Shown here: positions 29,990 through 42,894 of the stretch, piece after piece
Position numbering within the stretch: the stretch's first letter is position 1
Layout: the number at the start of each line of letters is the position of its first letter
NCBI GenBank assembly: GCA_964016885.1
Contig: OZ024745.1
Coordinates: 130,572,001 to 130,636,000, forward strand
Reading direction: 5' to 3'
Source: Eledone cirrhosa
Taxonomy: Eukaryota
DNA length: 64,000 nt
Position numbers and translations under genes: made by a program
The notes under the pieces: generated by a model
Told to the model about the DNA's origin: nothing
Databases searched by the model: none
What the model saw: only the letters and a program-made list of their open reading frames with translations

Positions 29990-32900
29990 ACCATCCACAG
30001 CAACTGTAGCAGCAGTAACTATACTATCACAGCATCTACAGCACCTGCAGCAGCAGAAACTATAGTAGCACATTCATCATCTCAGTAGTAGCAGCAGTGG
30101 TAGCGGCAGTGGTAGCAGCAGTGGTAGCAGCAGTAACTATACTATCACAGCATCCACAGCACCTTCAGCAGCAGTAGCTATACTATCACAGCAACTACAG
30201 TAACTGTACTATCACAACATCCACAGCAACTGTAGCAGCAGTAACTATACTATCACAACATCCACAGCAACTACAGCAGCAGTAACTGTACTATCACAAC
30301 ATCCACAGCAACTGTAGCAGCAGTAACTATACTATCACAACATCCACAGCAACTGTAGCAGCAGTAACTATACTATCACAACATCCACAGCAACTGCAGC
30401 AGCAGTAACTATACTATCACAACATCCACAGCAACTGTAGCAGCAGTAACTGTACTATCGCAGAATCCACAGCAACTACAGCAGCAGTAACTATACTATC
30501 GCAGCATCCACAGCAACTGTAGCAGCAGTAACTATACTATCACAACATCCACAGCAACTACAGCAGCAGTAACTATACTATCACAGCATCCACAGCAACT
30601 GTAGTAGCAGTAACTATACTATCACAGCATCCACAGCAACTGTAGCAGCAGTAACTATACTATCGCAGCATCCACAGCAACTGTAGCAGCAGTAACTGAA
30701 CTATCGCAGCATCCACAGCAACTGTAGCAGCAGTAACTATACTATCACAACATCCACAGCAACTACAGCAGCAGTAACTATACTATCGCAGCATCCACAG
30801 CAACTGTAGCAGCAGTAACTATAATATCACAACATCCACAGCAACTACAGCAGCAGTAACTATACTATCACAGCACCCACAGCAACTGTAGCAGCAGTAA
30901 CTATACTATCACAACATCCACAGCAACTACAGCAGCAGTAACTATACTATCACAGCCTCCACAGCAACTGTAGCAGCAGTAACTATACTATCACAACATC
31001 CACAGCAACTGTAGCAGCAGTAACTATACTATCACAACATCCACAGCAACTGCAGCAGCAGTAACTATACTATCACAACATCCAAAGCAACTGCAGCAGC
31101 AGTAACTATACTATCACAACATCCACAGCAACTGTAGCAGCAGTAACTATACTATCACAACATCCACAGCAACTGTAGCAGCAGTAACTGTACTATCACA
31201 GCATCCACAGCAACTACAGCAACAGTAACTATACTATCACAACATCCAAAGCAACTGCAGCAGCAGTAACTATACTATCACAACATCCACAGCAACTGTA
31301 GCAGCAGTAACTATACTATCACAACATCCACAGCAACTGCAGCAGCAGTAACTATACTATCACAACATCCAAAGCAACTGCAGCAGCAGTAACTATACTA
31401 TCGTAGCATCCACAGCAACTGTAGCAGCAGTAACTATACTATCACAACATCCACAGCAACTGTAGCAGCAGTAACTATACTATCACAACATCCACAGCAA
31501 CTGTAGCAGCAGTAACTGTACTATCGCAGCATCCACAGCAACTGTAGCAGCAGTAACTATACTATCACAGCATCCACAGCAACTGTAGCAGCAGTAACTA
31601 TACTATCACAACATCCACAGCAACTACAGCAGCATTAAATATACTATCACAGCATCCACAGCAACTGTAGCAGCAGTAACTATACTATCACAACATCCAT
31701 AGCAACTACAGCAGCAGTAACTATACTATCACAGCATCCACAGCAACTGTATCAGCAGTAACTATACTATCACAACATCCACAGCAACTGCAGCAGCAGT
31801 AACTATACTATCACAACATCCACAGCAACTACAGCAGCAGTAACTATACTATCACATCATCCACAGCAACTGTAGCAGCAGTAACTGTACTATCGCAGCA
31901 TCCACAGCAACTGTAGCAGCAGTAACTATACTATCACAGCACCCACAGCAACTGCAGCAGCAGTAACTATACTATCACAACATCCACAGCAACTGCAGCA
32001 GCAGTAACTGTACTATCGCAGCATCCACAGCAACTGTAGCAGCAGTAACTGTACTATCGCAGCATCCACAGCAACTGCTGCAGCAGCACTAACTATACTA
32101 TCACATCATCCACAGCAACTACAGCAGCAGTAACTGTACTATCGCAGCATCCACAGCAACTGTAGCAGCAGTAACTGTACTATCGCAGCATCCACAGCAA
32201 CTGTAGCAGCAGTAACTGTACTATCGCAGCATCCACAGCAACTGCTGCAGCAGTAACTATACTATCACAACATCCACAGCAACTGCAGCAGCAGTAACTG
32301 TACTATCGCAGCATCCACAGCAACTGTAGCAGCAGTAACTGTACTGTCGCAGCATCCACAGCAACTGCAGCAGCAGTAACTATACTATCACATCATCCAC
32401 AGCAACTGTAGCAGCAGTAACTGTACTATCGCAGCATCCACAGCAACTGTAGCAGCAGTAACTATACTATCACAGCACCCACAGCAACTGCAGCAGCAGT
32501 AACTATACTATCACAACATCCACAGCAACTGTAGCAGCAGTAACTGTACTATCGCAGCATCCACAGCAACTGTAGCAGCAGTAACTATACTATCACAGCA
32601 CCCACAGCAACTACAGCAGCAGTAACTGTACTATCGCAGCATCCACAGCAACTGTAGCAGCAGTAACTGTACTATCGCAGCATCCACAGCAACTGTAGCA
32701 GCAGTAACTGTACTATCGCAGAATCCACAGCAACTGTAGCAGCAGTAACTATACTATCACAACATCCACAGCAACTGCAGCAGCAGTAACTGTACTATCA
32801 CAGCACCCACAGCAACTACAGCAGCAGTAACTATACTATCTCAGCACCCACAGCAACTGCAGCAGCAGTAACTATACTATCACAACACCCACAGCAACTA

Positions 32901-33985
32901 CAGCAGCAGTAACTATACTATCACAACATCCGCAGCAACTCTAGCAGCAGTAACTGTACTATCACAACATCCACAGCAACTGTAGCAGCAGTAACTATAC
33001 TATCACAGCACCCTCAGCAACTGCAGCAGCAGTAACTATACTATCGCAGAATCCACAGCAACTACAGCAGCAGTAACTGTACTATCACAACATCCACAGC
33101 AACTGCAGCAGCAGTAACTATACTATCACAACATCCACAGCAACTGCAGCAGCAGTAACTATACTATCACAGCACCCACAGCAACTGCAGCAGCAGTAAC
33201 TATACTATCGCAGCATCCACAGCAACTGTAGCAGCAGTAACTATACTATCACAGCACCCACAGCAACTGCAGCAGCAGTAACTATACTATCACAACATCC
33301 ACAGCAACTGCAGCAGCAGTAACTATACTATCACAACATCCACAGCAACTGTAGCAGCAGTAACTGTACTATCGCAGCATCCACAGCAACTGTAGCAGCA
33401 GTAACTATACTATCACAGCACCCACAGCAACTGCAGCAGCAGTAACTATACTATCACAACATCCACAGCAACTGCAGCAGCAGTAACTATACTATCACAG
33501 CATCCACAGCAACTGTAGCAGCAGTAACTATACTATCACAGCACCCACAGCAACTGCAGCAGCAGTAACTATACTATCACAACATCCACAGCAACTGCAG
33601 CAGCAGTAGCTATACTATCACAACATCCACAGCAACTGCAGCAGCAGTAACTATACTATCACAACATCCACAGCAACTGCAGCAGCAGTAACTGTACTAT
33701 CACAGCCTCCATAGCAACTACAGCACCTACAGCAGCAGTAACTATAGTAGCACCTTCATCTCAGTAGAAGCAGCAGCAGTAGTAGCAGCAGTAACTATAG
33801 TATCATAGCACCCGCAGCAACTACAGCAACAGTAACTATACTATCACAGCAACTACAGCAACTACAGCAGCTGCAGCAGCAGTAACTATAGTAGCACCTT
33901 CATCTCAGTAGTAAGAACAGCAGCAGTAGTAGCAGCAGTAAATATATTATCATAGCAACTGCAGCAATTGCAGCAGCAGTAACTA
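29990..33985. repeat. 41-bp minisatellite, roughly 85-90 units (GTAACTATACTATCACAACATCCACAGCAACTGTAGCAGCA)
   Basis: Period 41 (30241, 30282 ...). Homogeneous core about 30200-33720 with degenerate ends. Confidence 0.97.
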
Positions 33986-33997
33986 TTCTATTACTGC

Positions 33998-34345
33998 CAT
34001 CATCATCACCACCACCATCATCATCATCATTACCAACACCACCATCAACACCATCATCATCAACACCACCACCATTACCTTCATCACCATCGTCACCACC
34101 ACCATCGTCACCATCGCCATCGTCACCACCACCATCGTCACCACCACCATCATCACCACCACCATCATCACCACCACCATCGTCACCATCGCCATCGTCA
34201 CCACCACCATCGTCACCATCGCCATCGTCACCACCGCCATCGTCACCATCGCCATCGTCACCATCATCATCGTCACCACCACCATCGTCACCACCACCAT
34301 CATCACCATCGCCATCATCGCCGGCGTCTTTGTCATCAACACCAT
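33998..34345. repeat. (CAC/CAT/CGT)n microsatellite with a 15-bp sub-period
   Basis: CATCGTCACCACCAC and CATCGTCACCATCGC units. Confidence 0.9.
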
Positions 34346-34395
34346 CAATGTTTTCATAGTTTTCCCCATAACATAGTTATTACTGGTGACATGCA

Positions 34396-34478
34396 TTCAT
34401 CCTTACGGGGCCGATGAAATAAAGTACCAGTAATGCACTAGGGTAATTGCTGGCCATGTGCCTAAAGTAGAAACAATT
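34396..34478 (+). mobile_element. 5'-truncated SINE (major family)
   Basis: TTCATCCTTACGGGGCCGATGAAATAAAGTACCAG...GTAGAAACAATT. Confidence 0.85.
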
Positions 34479-34567
34479 ATCTGAATTTAGGTCAGACAAG
34501 AAGAAGAACAACAACAACAACAACAACAATAGCAGCAGCAACAAGAATACCCGCATGATCTCATTTA

Positions 34568-34631
<64 letters not shown>

Positions 34632-34717
34632 TTATATATATTTTACTATACTAAATATGTATACTCTGCTATGTACTGAATACCTTACTGTGGTTACCCC
34701 CGATTGAACCCGGGATA

Positions 34718-34785
<68 letters not shown>

Positions 34786-34825
34786 GGAGGTAGTTATAGT
34801 TTACTTGAAGCATTGTGTAATGAGG

Positions 34826-35325
34826 TATAAACGTTTGAATTTGTAAAACCAAACAATGCAGGTATGGACATAGAATAAAAAAAATGCAAATGCAAAAGAT
34901 ATCGTTGACAATTAGTCTTTTACCTTCGATTTATTTAAATGTCCTTAATTTTCGAGATATCTCTTCTTCGGAGGGAAGTAAAGCGGTTAAACCAGTGTTC
35001 TAAATAGCTTGCCAAGTCATGCTGACAGGAAATGGTATAGAGTATCTGTTCTATCTCTAATGTCAAAGAGTTAAGGTGAGGTTGATAAAGAGTAGTCTCC
35101 CTTTAAAAGGTTTTTTTTTGTACATGTCTGTTTAAGTGTGTGAGAGAATGCGTGAATGTGTAAGCTTTACTTCCCTCCGAAGAAGAGATATTATCTCGAA
35201 AATTAAGGACATTTAAATAAATCTAAGGTAAAAGACTAATTGTCAACAATATCTTTTGCATTTGCATTTTTTTAATTCTATGTCCATACCTGGATTGTTT
35301 GGCTTTACAAATTCAAGCGTTTATA
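34826..35325. mobile_element. Fold-back element, family D (arms 34826-34984 and 35164-35325) with an HHR motif in each arm
   Basis: Inverted arms of about 160 bp, spacer of about 180 bp, TA-tract context. Confidence 0.8.
35174..35208 (+). ncRNA. Minimal hammerhead motif, CCGAAGA core variant
   Basis: CCT-CCGAAGA-A-GAGATA(t)TATCTC-GAAA-AT-TA-AGG. Antisense copy at about 34944-34976. Confidence 0.6.
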
Positions 35326-35959
35326 TATATATATATGATCTGGTCGGAACTGTACTGGGGTAATGACATTATCACATCAGAGGTCCGACGAGCTTTTGAT
35401 TCCGGAGTCGAGCTAGATGGATGCAGATCGAACCTTGAGCTGATCAATAGCGAAATGTGCGTCACTACTCCATAAACGTAATGAAGACATAACAAATCCT
35501 CGTTTTTATTATTATCATAATTACAATCTGCTTTGTAACTGGGCGTTACATTCCCTACATATATATATATACATATGTACATATGTACTTATATATATAT
35601 ATATATTTATATATATAAAAATGAAAAGTATAGAAATTATTGTAGCGAGAAGCTAACAGTATTCCATAACATATAAGTGACTATAGCGTCAAAATGGGAA
35701 AATAGTTAACATAAGATATGGGGAAAATAATTCAGACTCGATTCAAAAGGAATCAGGATATAGATTTATCCAACAGAATTTAGAGAAATCCAGGGAAAAA
35801 TCAATAGAGCCTTAACTCATGATAAAACAAAGTCTAAAGTACTCAACCTTCAATTTGGGATAACTTCAAATGCTCTGTATAGTCTTTAAAAGACTATTTC
35901 ACGAAAACTTTCAGTGGGGATGGTCACGGTTGGATTTCGTTCATCAGCAGAGCTCAACA

Positions 35960-36070
35960 TGGTAACCAAGGTCTCACTGGTAATATGCCAAAAAGGGAAT
36001 TTAAAAGCAGGCTAGTTGAACATCATGCGTGATTATTAAAATAAACGCACATGTGGAAAAACAGGGCTGG
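35960..36070 (+). pseudogene. Possible decayed GIY-YIG endonuclease fragment (PLE)
   Basis: TGNMPKREFKSRLVEH resembles the GxTxRxFxxRxxEH motif. Lies between HHR-bearing repeats. Stop codons present. Confidence 0.4.
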
Positions 36071-36255
36071 TGACGTCAGAATGAGACAAATGTTTGTTTA
36101 CATGAAATTACAGTCAAAAACATTCCGAAAGAAAACTCTACAAAAGGAGTTCAGCAAAAAGCAATATCATATATATATATTTATATATATATATATATAT
36201 GTGTGTGTGTCTATATATATATATTTATATATATATGTGTGTGCGTATATATATA

Positions 36256-36290
<35 letters not shown>

Positions 36291-36296
36291 TAGCTA

Positions 36297-36358
<62 letters not shown>

Positions 36359-36463
36359 TGATCAGCCAGGTCTGCTAATGTGCAAATCAGGCCGATCAGT
36401 CACTGTATATTTTAGAAAATAGCATTTATTTTCACTAGCTCTGAGAGTTGGCAGGTGAACAGT

Positions 36464-36513
36464 GAGCTGTACTGATGAAGGGTAATACCCAAAAACAGTA
36501 ATCTCTGCAGTTC
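36464..36513 (+). ncRNA. Degenerate hammerhead motif, family E
   Basis: GAGCTGTA-CTGATGA-A-GGGTA(a)TACCC-AAAA (GAAA mutated)-...-TGCAGTTC. Confidence 0.5.
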
Positions 36514-36752
36514 TGTTTACAAGGGCAAGAATGAAGGGCTCATTCTACTGACAGGGCTTTAAAAATGAGGCTTGTTTGCATAATTGCAAACGAATTGAAT
36601 GTTATTATTAATATTCGAAAAATATTCGAAAAATACATTTATTGTATTCAGAGAGAAAATGTGTTTCTTATATATATACGTACACATATATATATATATA
36701 TATATAAAATAAGATAAATATGTCAAATGTTTAAAATTTAGCTTCGTTTATT

Positions 36753-36807
36753 ACTGCTATATATATTTCGGTGACAACCATCTTTGGCTGTGACCTCTTC
36801 AGGCAGT
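36753..36807 (-). ncRNA. Minimal type-I hammerhead ribozyme motif, family F
   Basis: Minus strand ACTGC-CTGAAGA-GGTCACAGCCA(aaga)TGGTTGTCACC-GAAA-TATATA-TA-GCAGT: intact core, perfect stem I, palindromic stem III. Confidence 0.88.
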
Positions 36808-36980
36808 CCGAATTAGTTTGGTATAGACAAGTACATATGTTGTTGAGGTGTATAACTTTGTCAATACTCTGATATGCCCCGTTCCTGGTTGGGTTGTTAT
36901 TTCACTGAGGAACTGGAATCATAATCTGGAATCATAAACTGGAATCAATATATATATATATATATAAAGTAATAATAATA

Positions 36981-37165
36981 ATGGTTTCTACTTTAGGCAC
37001 AAGGCCAGCAATAACCCAGTGCATTACTGGTACTTTATTTTATCGACCCCGCAAGGATGAAAGGCAAAGTCAACCTCGGCGGATTTGAACTCAGATCGTA
37101 AAGGGACGTAACTTTGCTGGAAAGCATGGCGTCCGACCCTCTACCGATACTGCCAATCCACCGCC
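36981..37165 (-). mobile_element. tRNA-derived SINE (major family)
   Basis: Full-length match. Confidence 0.9.
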
Positions 37166-37346
37166 ATCTAGTAATAATAATAATGTGATGACTAAAATCC
37201 AAAGAGGGCTCGATAAGGATAAATATATATCAAATATATATATATACACACAAATATATACACATATATATATATGTATATATACACATATATATATATT
37301 TATATATACACATATATATTTATATTTATATATATATATATTTATA

Positions 37347-37516
<170 letters not shown>

Positions 37517-37657
37517 TGTCTGTCTGTGTGTGTGTATATATATATAAGAAACAAATTTTCTCTCTGAATACAATAAATGTATTGGATTCCTTGAAATATA
37601 TATAATACAATAAATATGGTTTTATAAATATAATTTACATATATTTAATATCATTGA

Positions 37658-37734
<77 letters not shown>

Positions 37735-39324
37735 TATATATATATTTGTGTATGTATTTGTATATATGTATATTTGTGTAAGTGCGAGTCTAGTTACATA
37801 TATCTATAACTATACGTCCATGTGTTTGTGTATGTATTTTAGTAAGTATGACGAATTATATCTATTTATATTCAATTCATATAGATAAATGTAAACCTTA
37901 ATTGTCCATTTTCTATTGCTATTTCTCCGTTGTTTTCGCCAGTATCAACAGAGACTAGGTCGTCGATTTGCAAGAAAAATACAAATAGCATTGTTAACAT
38001 AGACACATTCTCAACATCCCTTATTTAAAATTTATCTATAACTTGTGAACAAATTAATGTTTACGTCGATTCGTGTTAGTTTTTCAATAAGTATTGTAAT
38101 AATATATAATCACTTATGACGTGTAAAATGAAACATTTCATGTTGTTTTTATTCTATATAGAAGTCATTTGAAACTAGTGCCAAACCAAACAGAAAGGAA
38201 AACAGAAATTGAGACACATTTGCAGACATACAAAAATGGTTACATCTTAATTAATACTATTCATATTTGCCGAAAATGTAGAAATAGAGGTTCGGATTTT
38301 TAATAAATTATGAAATAGGATTTGTTACCTTCAAGTTCACAGTTTTCAGATATAAGATGCTATAAATATTCACCTACATCTGTTCCAAACAATAGTTTCT
38401 TGCAGGATCATTTTATATTTACAGTTGTCTCTAGAATGCTATCTCCAAGTTGACACTATAATCTCAAAGAATAACTTTTGTGAAGGTAATATTAGTCGGG
38501 ATTTGTGTATATTAGTGGATGTGTCACGTAATTCCAAAGGAAAAGCAAAGGAAAAAAGAGTTTTCTATGTATATAACAGAGCTATTTAATTAGAAAGTGA
38601 ACAACACAAAATATAACTACTCCATTACCAAAGGTTTCTGGATCACACACGATGATAATATATACGTCTGGATTGTTCGTCAGATAGAGATGTTATATTA
38701 ATGGATACTAATATCCCTAGAGTAAAGCATTGTATTTTTCTCGAATTATATAATCTTGTCGATGCCGTTTGGTGCAATGTCCTCTCTGGATGATATGATC
38801 CAACGCACTCCACATCATATATTTCGTTATTGTATGTACTGTCCCTTATTCAAGACGGTAGCTTGTGACTTCAGGGAGAGGTCCAGCTATTTCTATCAGA
38901 ATGCGTATAAACACTCCTCTAGTGTAGTTTAGCTCCTTCATTTGCTTGAAACTGATTGTTGATACCCTCAACAATATTTTTGACTCATTTCATTCAAGTT
39001 TCTTCAGCGGCTAATTGAAATACCTATCTTTGGTTAATTCTTATTTAATGACATGACAAAGTTTGCCACTTTGCTAAACAATTTGGGGCAAGACATTTGG
39101 AGCAGCACGGCCCTTTTTCAAACTGACTAGATGGTAAAATACAGCTGCAGCATCCTCTGCATACTGTAGCTTGTAAATGATTTGGGCCGAAGTTTTAGTG
39201 CGAGATGAAAGCCTACGGCATTTAAAAATACTTCCGTCTCAGGACTATATTTCACACGTATTACATCATTCACCCTCATTGTTATATCTTGAGAGTCGCC
39301 TCACAACGACAATTTATATATTAT

Positions 39325-39410
39325 GGAAACGACTAGCTATTGATACCGTTAATGGTGACCTAGTATGGAACGAACTCAGGAAATTTGGTTGCTTGCCACT
39401 ACTTCTTTAG
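39325..39410 (+). pseudogene. Small decayed RTE-clade reverse transcriptase fragment
   Basis: LAIDTVNGDLVWNELRKFGCLP resembles the KAFDTVxRxxLWxxLxKFGCP motif of RTE-type RTs. Confidence 0.6.
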
Positions 39411-39592
39411 ACGTTGTTTATGATGGCTAAATTTATGAGGGTGGTGATCGTATTTGCAATTTGTGGCTGGTGTAAATATAAAAAAAATATGTATTCTTAT
39501 ATTGTAAATACACAGACACATAATTCAATAACGGAACGTAATTTTGAGGTGATCTACTGATTATTATAATCCATAGCGCCTTACTCTAATTA

Positions 39593-39776
39593 ATTGTTTC
39601 TACTTTAGGCACAAGGCCAGCAATTATCCAGTGCATTACTGGTACTTTATTTTATCGACCCCGTAAGGATGAAAGGCAAAGTTAACCTCGGCGGGATTTG
39701 AACTCAGATCGTAAAGGGACGTAACTATGCTGGAAAGCATGGCGTCCGACCCTCTACCGATACTGCCAATCCGCGC
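39593..39776 (-). mobile_element. Young tRNA-derived SINE with clear TSD
   Basis: GCGCCTTACTCTAATTAAT is duplicated at 39576-39594 and 39773-39791. Sequence is consensus-like, with A box TGGCAGTATCGG and B box GTTCAAATCCC. Confidence 0.95.
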
Positions 39777-40309
39777 CTTACTCTAATTAATAACTGTTCA
39801 TTTCATAGGGTTTCAAACAGAAAACATGGATGATTAAAGACATTTCTTGTCTTCCACGACATTATGTTCTTCCTTATACATATCTCCATAATCTCTTTAG
39901 AAATAATATCATACGGCATCTGATCTTTTCTTAGATAATCTCTAACCTGAGTTTAGAATAATATATGTGACTCTACTTACACACTTTTTCTCGAAGTTTC
40001 CAAGAATTATTTTCATAATCTTAGTGAATTTCTTTGAATCAATCCGCAGATATTTATTATTACTTTCCAACTTACTTTTCGAAAGAATCCTTGAAAACGA
40101 CAATACGGCGACGATATCCGTATCAGAGCTCATTCGTACTCAGGCATTTAATCCTTACAAGCTAAAATAAATAATTGTGTGCTACAATGCTTCCATTCTA
40201 AAATATTGGACCTATATACATATATATAATATGTTTAAATCGATGTTGTAGCTGCAATATAGCAGATATCAAAAGAATTGTTTGGGGCAATCATATATAT
40301 ATATATAAG

Positions 40310-40601
40310 ATTGCTTAGTGAGGAGGGTGATATTTGGACACCCTGCGGGATGAAATACCAGCTTCGGCAAAGGGTGGAGGAAGTCGGCAGAGCCAACGGC
40401 CATCCAAATAGTACTTTTTTTTTTACCTGGGAGTGAAAGGGCCCCAATTGTTGTCACAACACCTTTCTATGAGAGGGAAACTCTGAAAATAAAAGAACCT
40501 GCGGCTTCGGAAGCATCCGATGAGGTTGACCAGTTCTCCTTTTCAGGTAGTGTTTTCGATGCTCAGGGAGTGGGATTGATCGAGTGCAAGCCATTTCCCC
40601 A
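40310..40601 (+). mobile_element. RTE-derived repeat fragment
   Basis: Reverse complement of about 22095-22395. Confidence 0.75.
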
Positions 40602-40641
<40 letters not shown>

Positions 40642-40647
40642 ACACAC

Positions 40648-40699
<52 letters not shown>

Positions 40700-40759
40700 A
40701 CACACACACAAAAAGAAAGATGGCGTAGGACAGAACAAAGGAGAGGCACAAAAAACAAA

Positions 40760-41022
40760 GAAAAGAATCCCAGTCACTGAAGAGGTTACATAATGTGTGA
40801 CGAAAGAACTTTGACAATATATAAACAACCAGTTGGTTGTGGAACCAACCAACCAACCGGAAATTTATAAATTCCTAAATGTATAAATTTATTATAATAA
40901 ATTGAAGTGAAACAACTGGTGCGTGTGTTTCTTATTTGCAACATGACCCTCACAAAGCATAACAATATCGGTTTCAACACACGTTTTCAGATAAAGAATC
41001 TTGCTAAACAAATTCAGAAACG

Positions 41023-41024
<2 letters not shown>
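40760..41024 (+). mobile_element. Family A pLTR-like monomer with HHR at 40773-40815
   Basis: GTCA-CTGAAGA-G-GTTACA(taatg)TGTGAC-GAAA-GAAC-TT-TGAC, followed by the same arm as 23634-23775 in reverse complement. Confidence 0.8.
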
Positions 41025-41072
<48 letters not shown>

Positions 41073-41138
41073 TCCCCAAAAGGCAGATTGATCAAAACTA
41101 GATTGAATCGTACTCTGGATTTATGATGGATAAAAGCG

Positions 41139-41172
<34 letters not shown>

Positions 41173-41225
41173 AGTATGTGTGTATACGTACATACATATA
41201 TGTATACAGACGTACAGTAGCATGC

Positions 41226-41296
<71 letters not shown>

Positions 41297-41392
41297 CATA
41301 CACACATATACATACAGGTACACATACATATATGCACGTATTAGTGCCGTACTAAGAGTGAGAAATGAAATTTCGTTTTCATTTTATTTCAA

Positions 41393-41436
<44 letters not shown>

Positions 41437-41503
41437 CGCTTTTATCCATCATAGATCCAGAGTACGATTCAATCTAGGTTTGATCAATCTGCCTTTTGGG
41501 GCT
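41073..41503. repeat. About 70-bp inverted repeats flanking a TA-rich spacer
   Basis: CCCCAAAAGGCAGATTGATCAAAACTAGATTGAATCGTACTCTGGATTTATGATGGATAAAAGCGATTA, with its reverse complement at about 41433-41501. Confidence 0.9.
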
Positions 41504-41645
41504 CATAGAAGGATACATAACATTGATCTGCATACAACACATTATCGATGGTGAAATATTTTTTGTATTGCATATATACATGTATGTAACACACATACAC
41601 ACACACACGTGCATATAAACAGACACATAGACCCATATATATATA

Positions 41646-42345
41646 CTAGCAAAATGGTCCGGCATTGCTCGGGATTCTAAACATAGATTGGCATGTTTAT
41701 CCCTCCTTTCTGAAACAGTAAAGAGAAGTACGGAATATAAAAAAATTTGTCGTAGATTACCAGGGGTTTAACTTAATTTGGTGCCTGAGTGTATAATGTT
41801 CAACCCACGAAAGCCAAGACGATAGGGTTAAGTAAAAAGGCATTCGACAAACCGAACATGTATTTGTTGTGCTATGGTAAAATGAAAGCAATAATTACAG
41901 AGCAGTAAGCATGTGGGACTGAAGAGAGCATGAAGGAATTTAGTTGGATACTTTTAAGGTTAGAAAAATCTAACCAATCTGATATAAACCGAACTGTTAT
42001 ATCGGATGCCGAACGCTTCCGAGTTACTATTGAGGTCACCATCAACAATTTCAAGGGATCTACGTTTAAGTAGGGATAATAAAGTCTATAAAGAAAGGTA
42101 ATCTTTCAAAATATCAAAGAGTTGTCTCTCTTGAACATTGTAGACAAAATTGCCAACAAAAAGCGCTTAAAGTGTTAGTAAAAAAAAACGCATTTAACAA
42201 CAGAAAATTGAAAAATAAAAGCTGCAGTTAATATCTTTAGACCGCAAGGAATATATAAATGCAAGTTTGAAGTCAATCGGAGTAGAAATGTGGATTTGTA
42301 TAGACTTTGCAAAAATTAGGACACACACACACACAGACAACTACA

Positions 42346-42362
<17 letters not shown>
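41646..42362 (-). mobile_element. Non-autonomous Helitron-like element
   Basis: Minus strand starts TATATATAAAACTGTAGTTGTCTGTGTG and ends CCCGAGCAATGCCGGACCATTTTGCTAG|T. The same 3' end occurs at 61068-61140. Confidence 0.7.
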
Positions 42363-42384
<22 letters not shown>

Positions 42385-42394
<10 letters not shown>

Positions 42395-42728
42395 AGAACA
42401 AAAGATGGTTAAAAGAGTTCCATGTATTTTATTATGCGCATTTCAAAAACAAATATCATCATGCAATAATATTTGTGTTTTCATCAGATAAAACAGGAAG
42501 ACATGATATGAAGGTTAAAAACACCTGTGGATAGTTCAGTTTCAAATCAACATATTGATATGTTGATTTAAAACTGAACTATCCACAGGTGTTTTTAACC
42601 TTCATATCATGTCTTCCTGTTTTATCTGATGAAAACACAAATATTATTGCATGATGATATTTGTTTTTGAAATGCGCATAATAAAATACATGGAACTCTT
42701 TTAACCATCTTTTGTTCTTATATATTAT
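42385..42728. mobile_element. Near-perfect 344-bp palindrome (family G) with a hammerhead in each arm
   Basis: Arms are reverse complements around a 2-nt centre (42556-42557). I see one mismatch (TTTCAAATC vs GATTTAAAA). Confidence 0.92.
42618..42688 (+). ncRNA. Type-I hammerhead ribozyme motif (mirror copy on the minus strand at 42425-42495)
   Basis: TGTTTTAT-CTGATGA-AAACACAAATATTATT(gcat)GATGATATTTGTTTTT-GAAA-TGCGCA-TA-ATAAAATA. Stem III is the palindrome TGCGCA. Confidence 0.88.
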
Positions 42729-42801
42729 GTATACTCCAGTCCTACAAACTGTAGAGTGCTTCTTATCCGATATCTGCATTGCTTTACAATAAAACTCACC
42801 T

Positions 42802-42894
<93 letters not shown>

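Noticed and set aside
30200-33720. Regular 41-bp array as CRISPR or coding repeat
   Set aside because: No unique spacers, no cas genes, eukaryotic context, and the unit is not a multiple of three.
35930-35950. CTGATGA-AC-GAAA on the minus strand
   Set aside because: No stem II or stem I; probably chance.
39593-39776. tRNA genes
   Set aside because: The A and B boxes belong to SINE heads. There is no complete cloverleaf, and the copies carry SINE bodies and TSDs.
39942-40170. Short non-repetitive ORFs on both strands
   Set aside because: No recognisable motif; possibly a decayed retroelement piece but unsupported.
42307-42779. Two ORFs on opposite strands encoding the same peptide
   Set aside because: A direct consequence of the palindrome. 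The same applies to 23547-23741 and 23937-24143.
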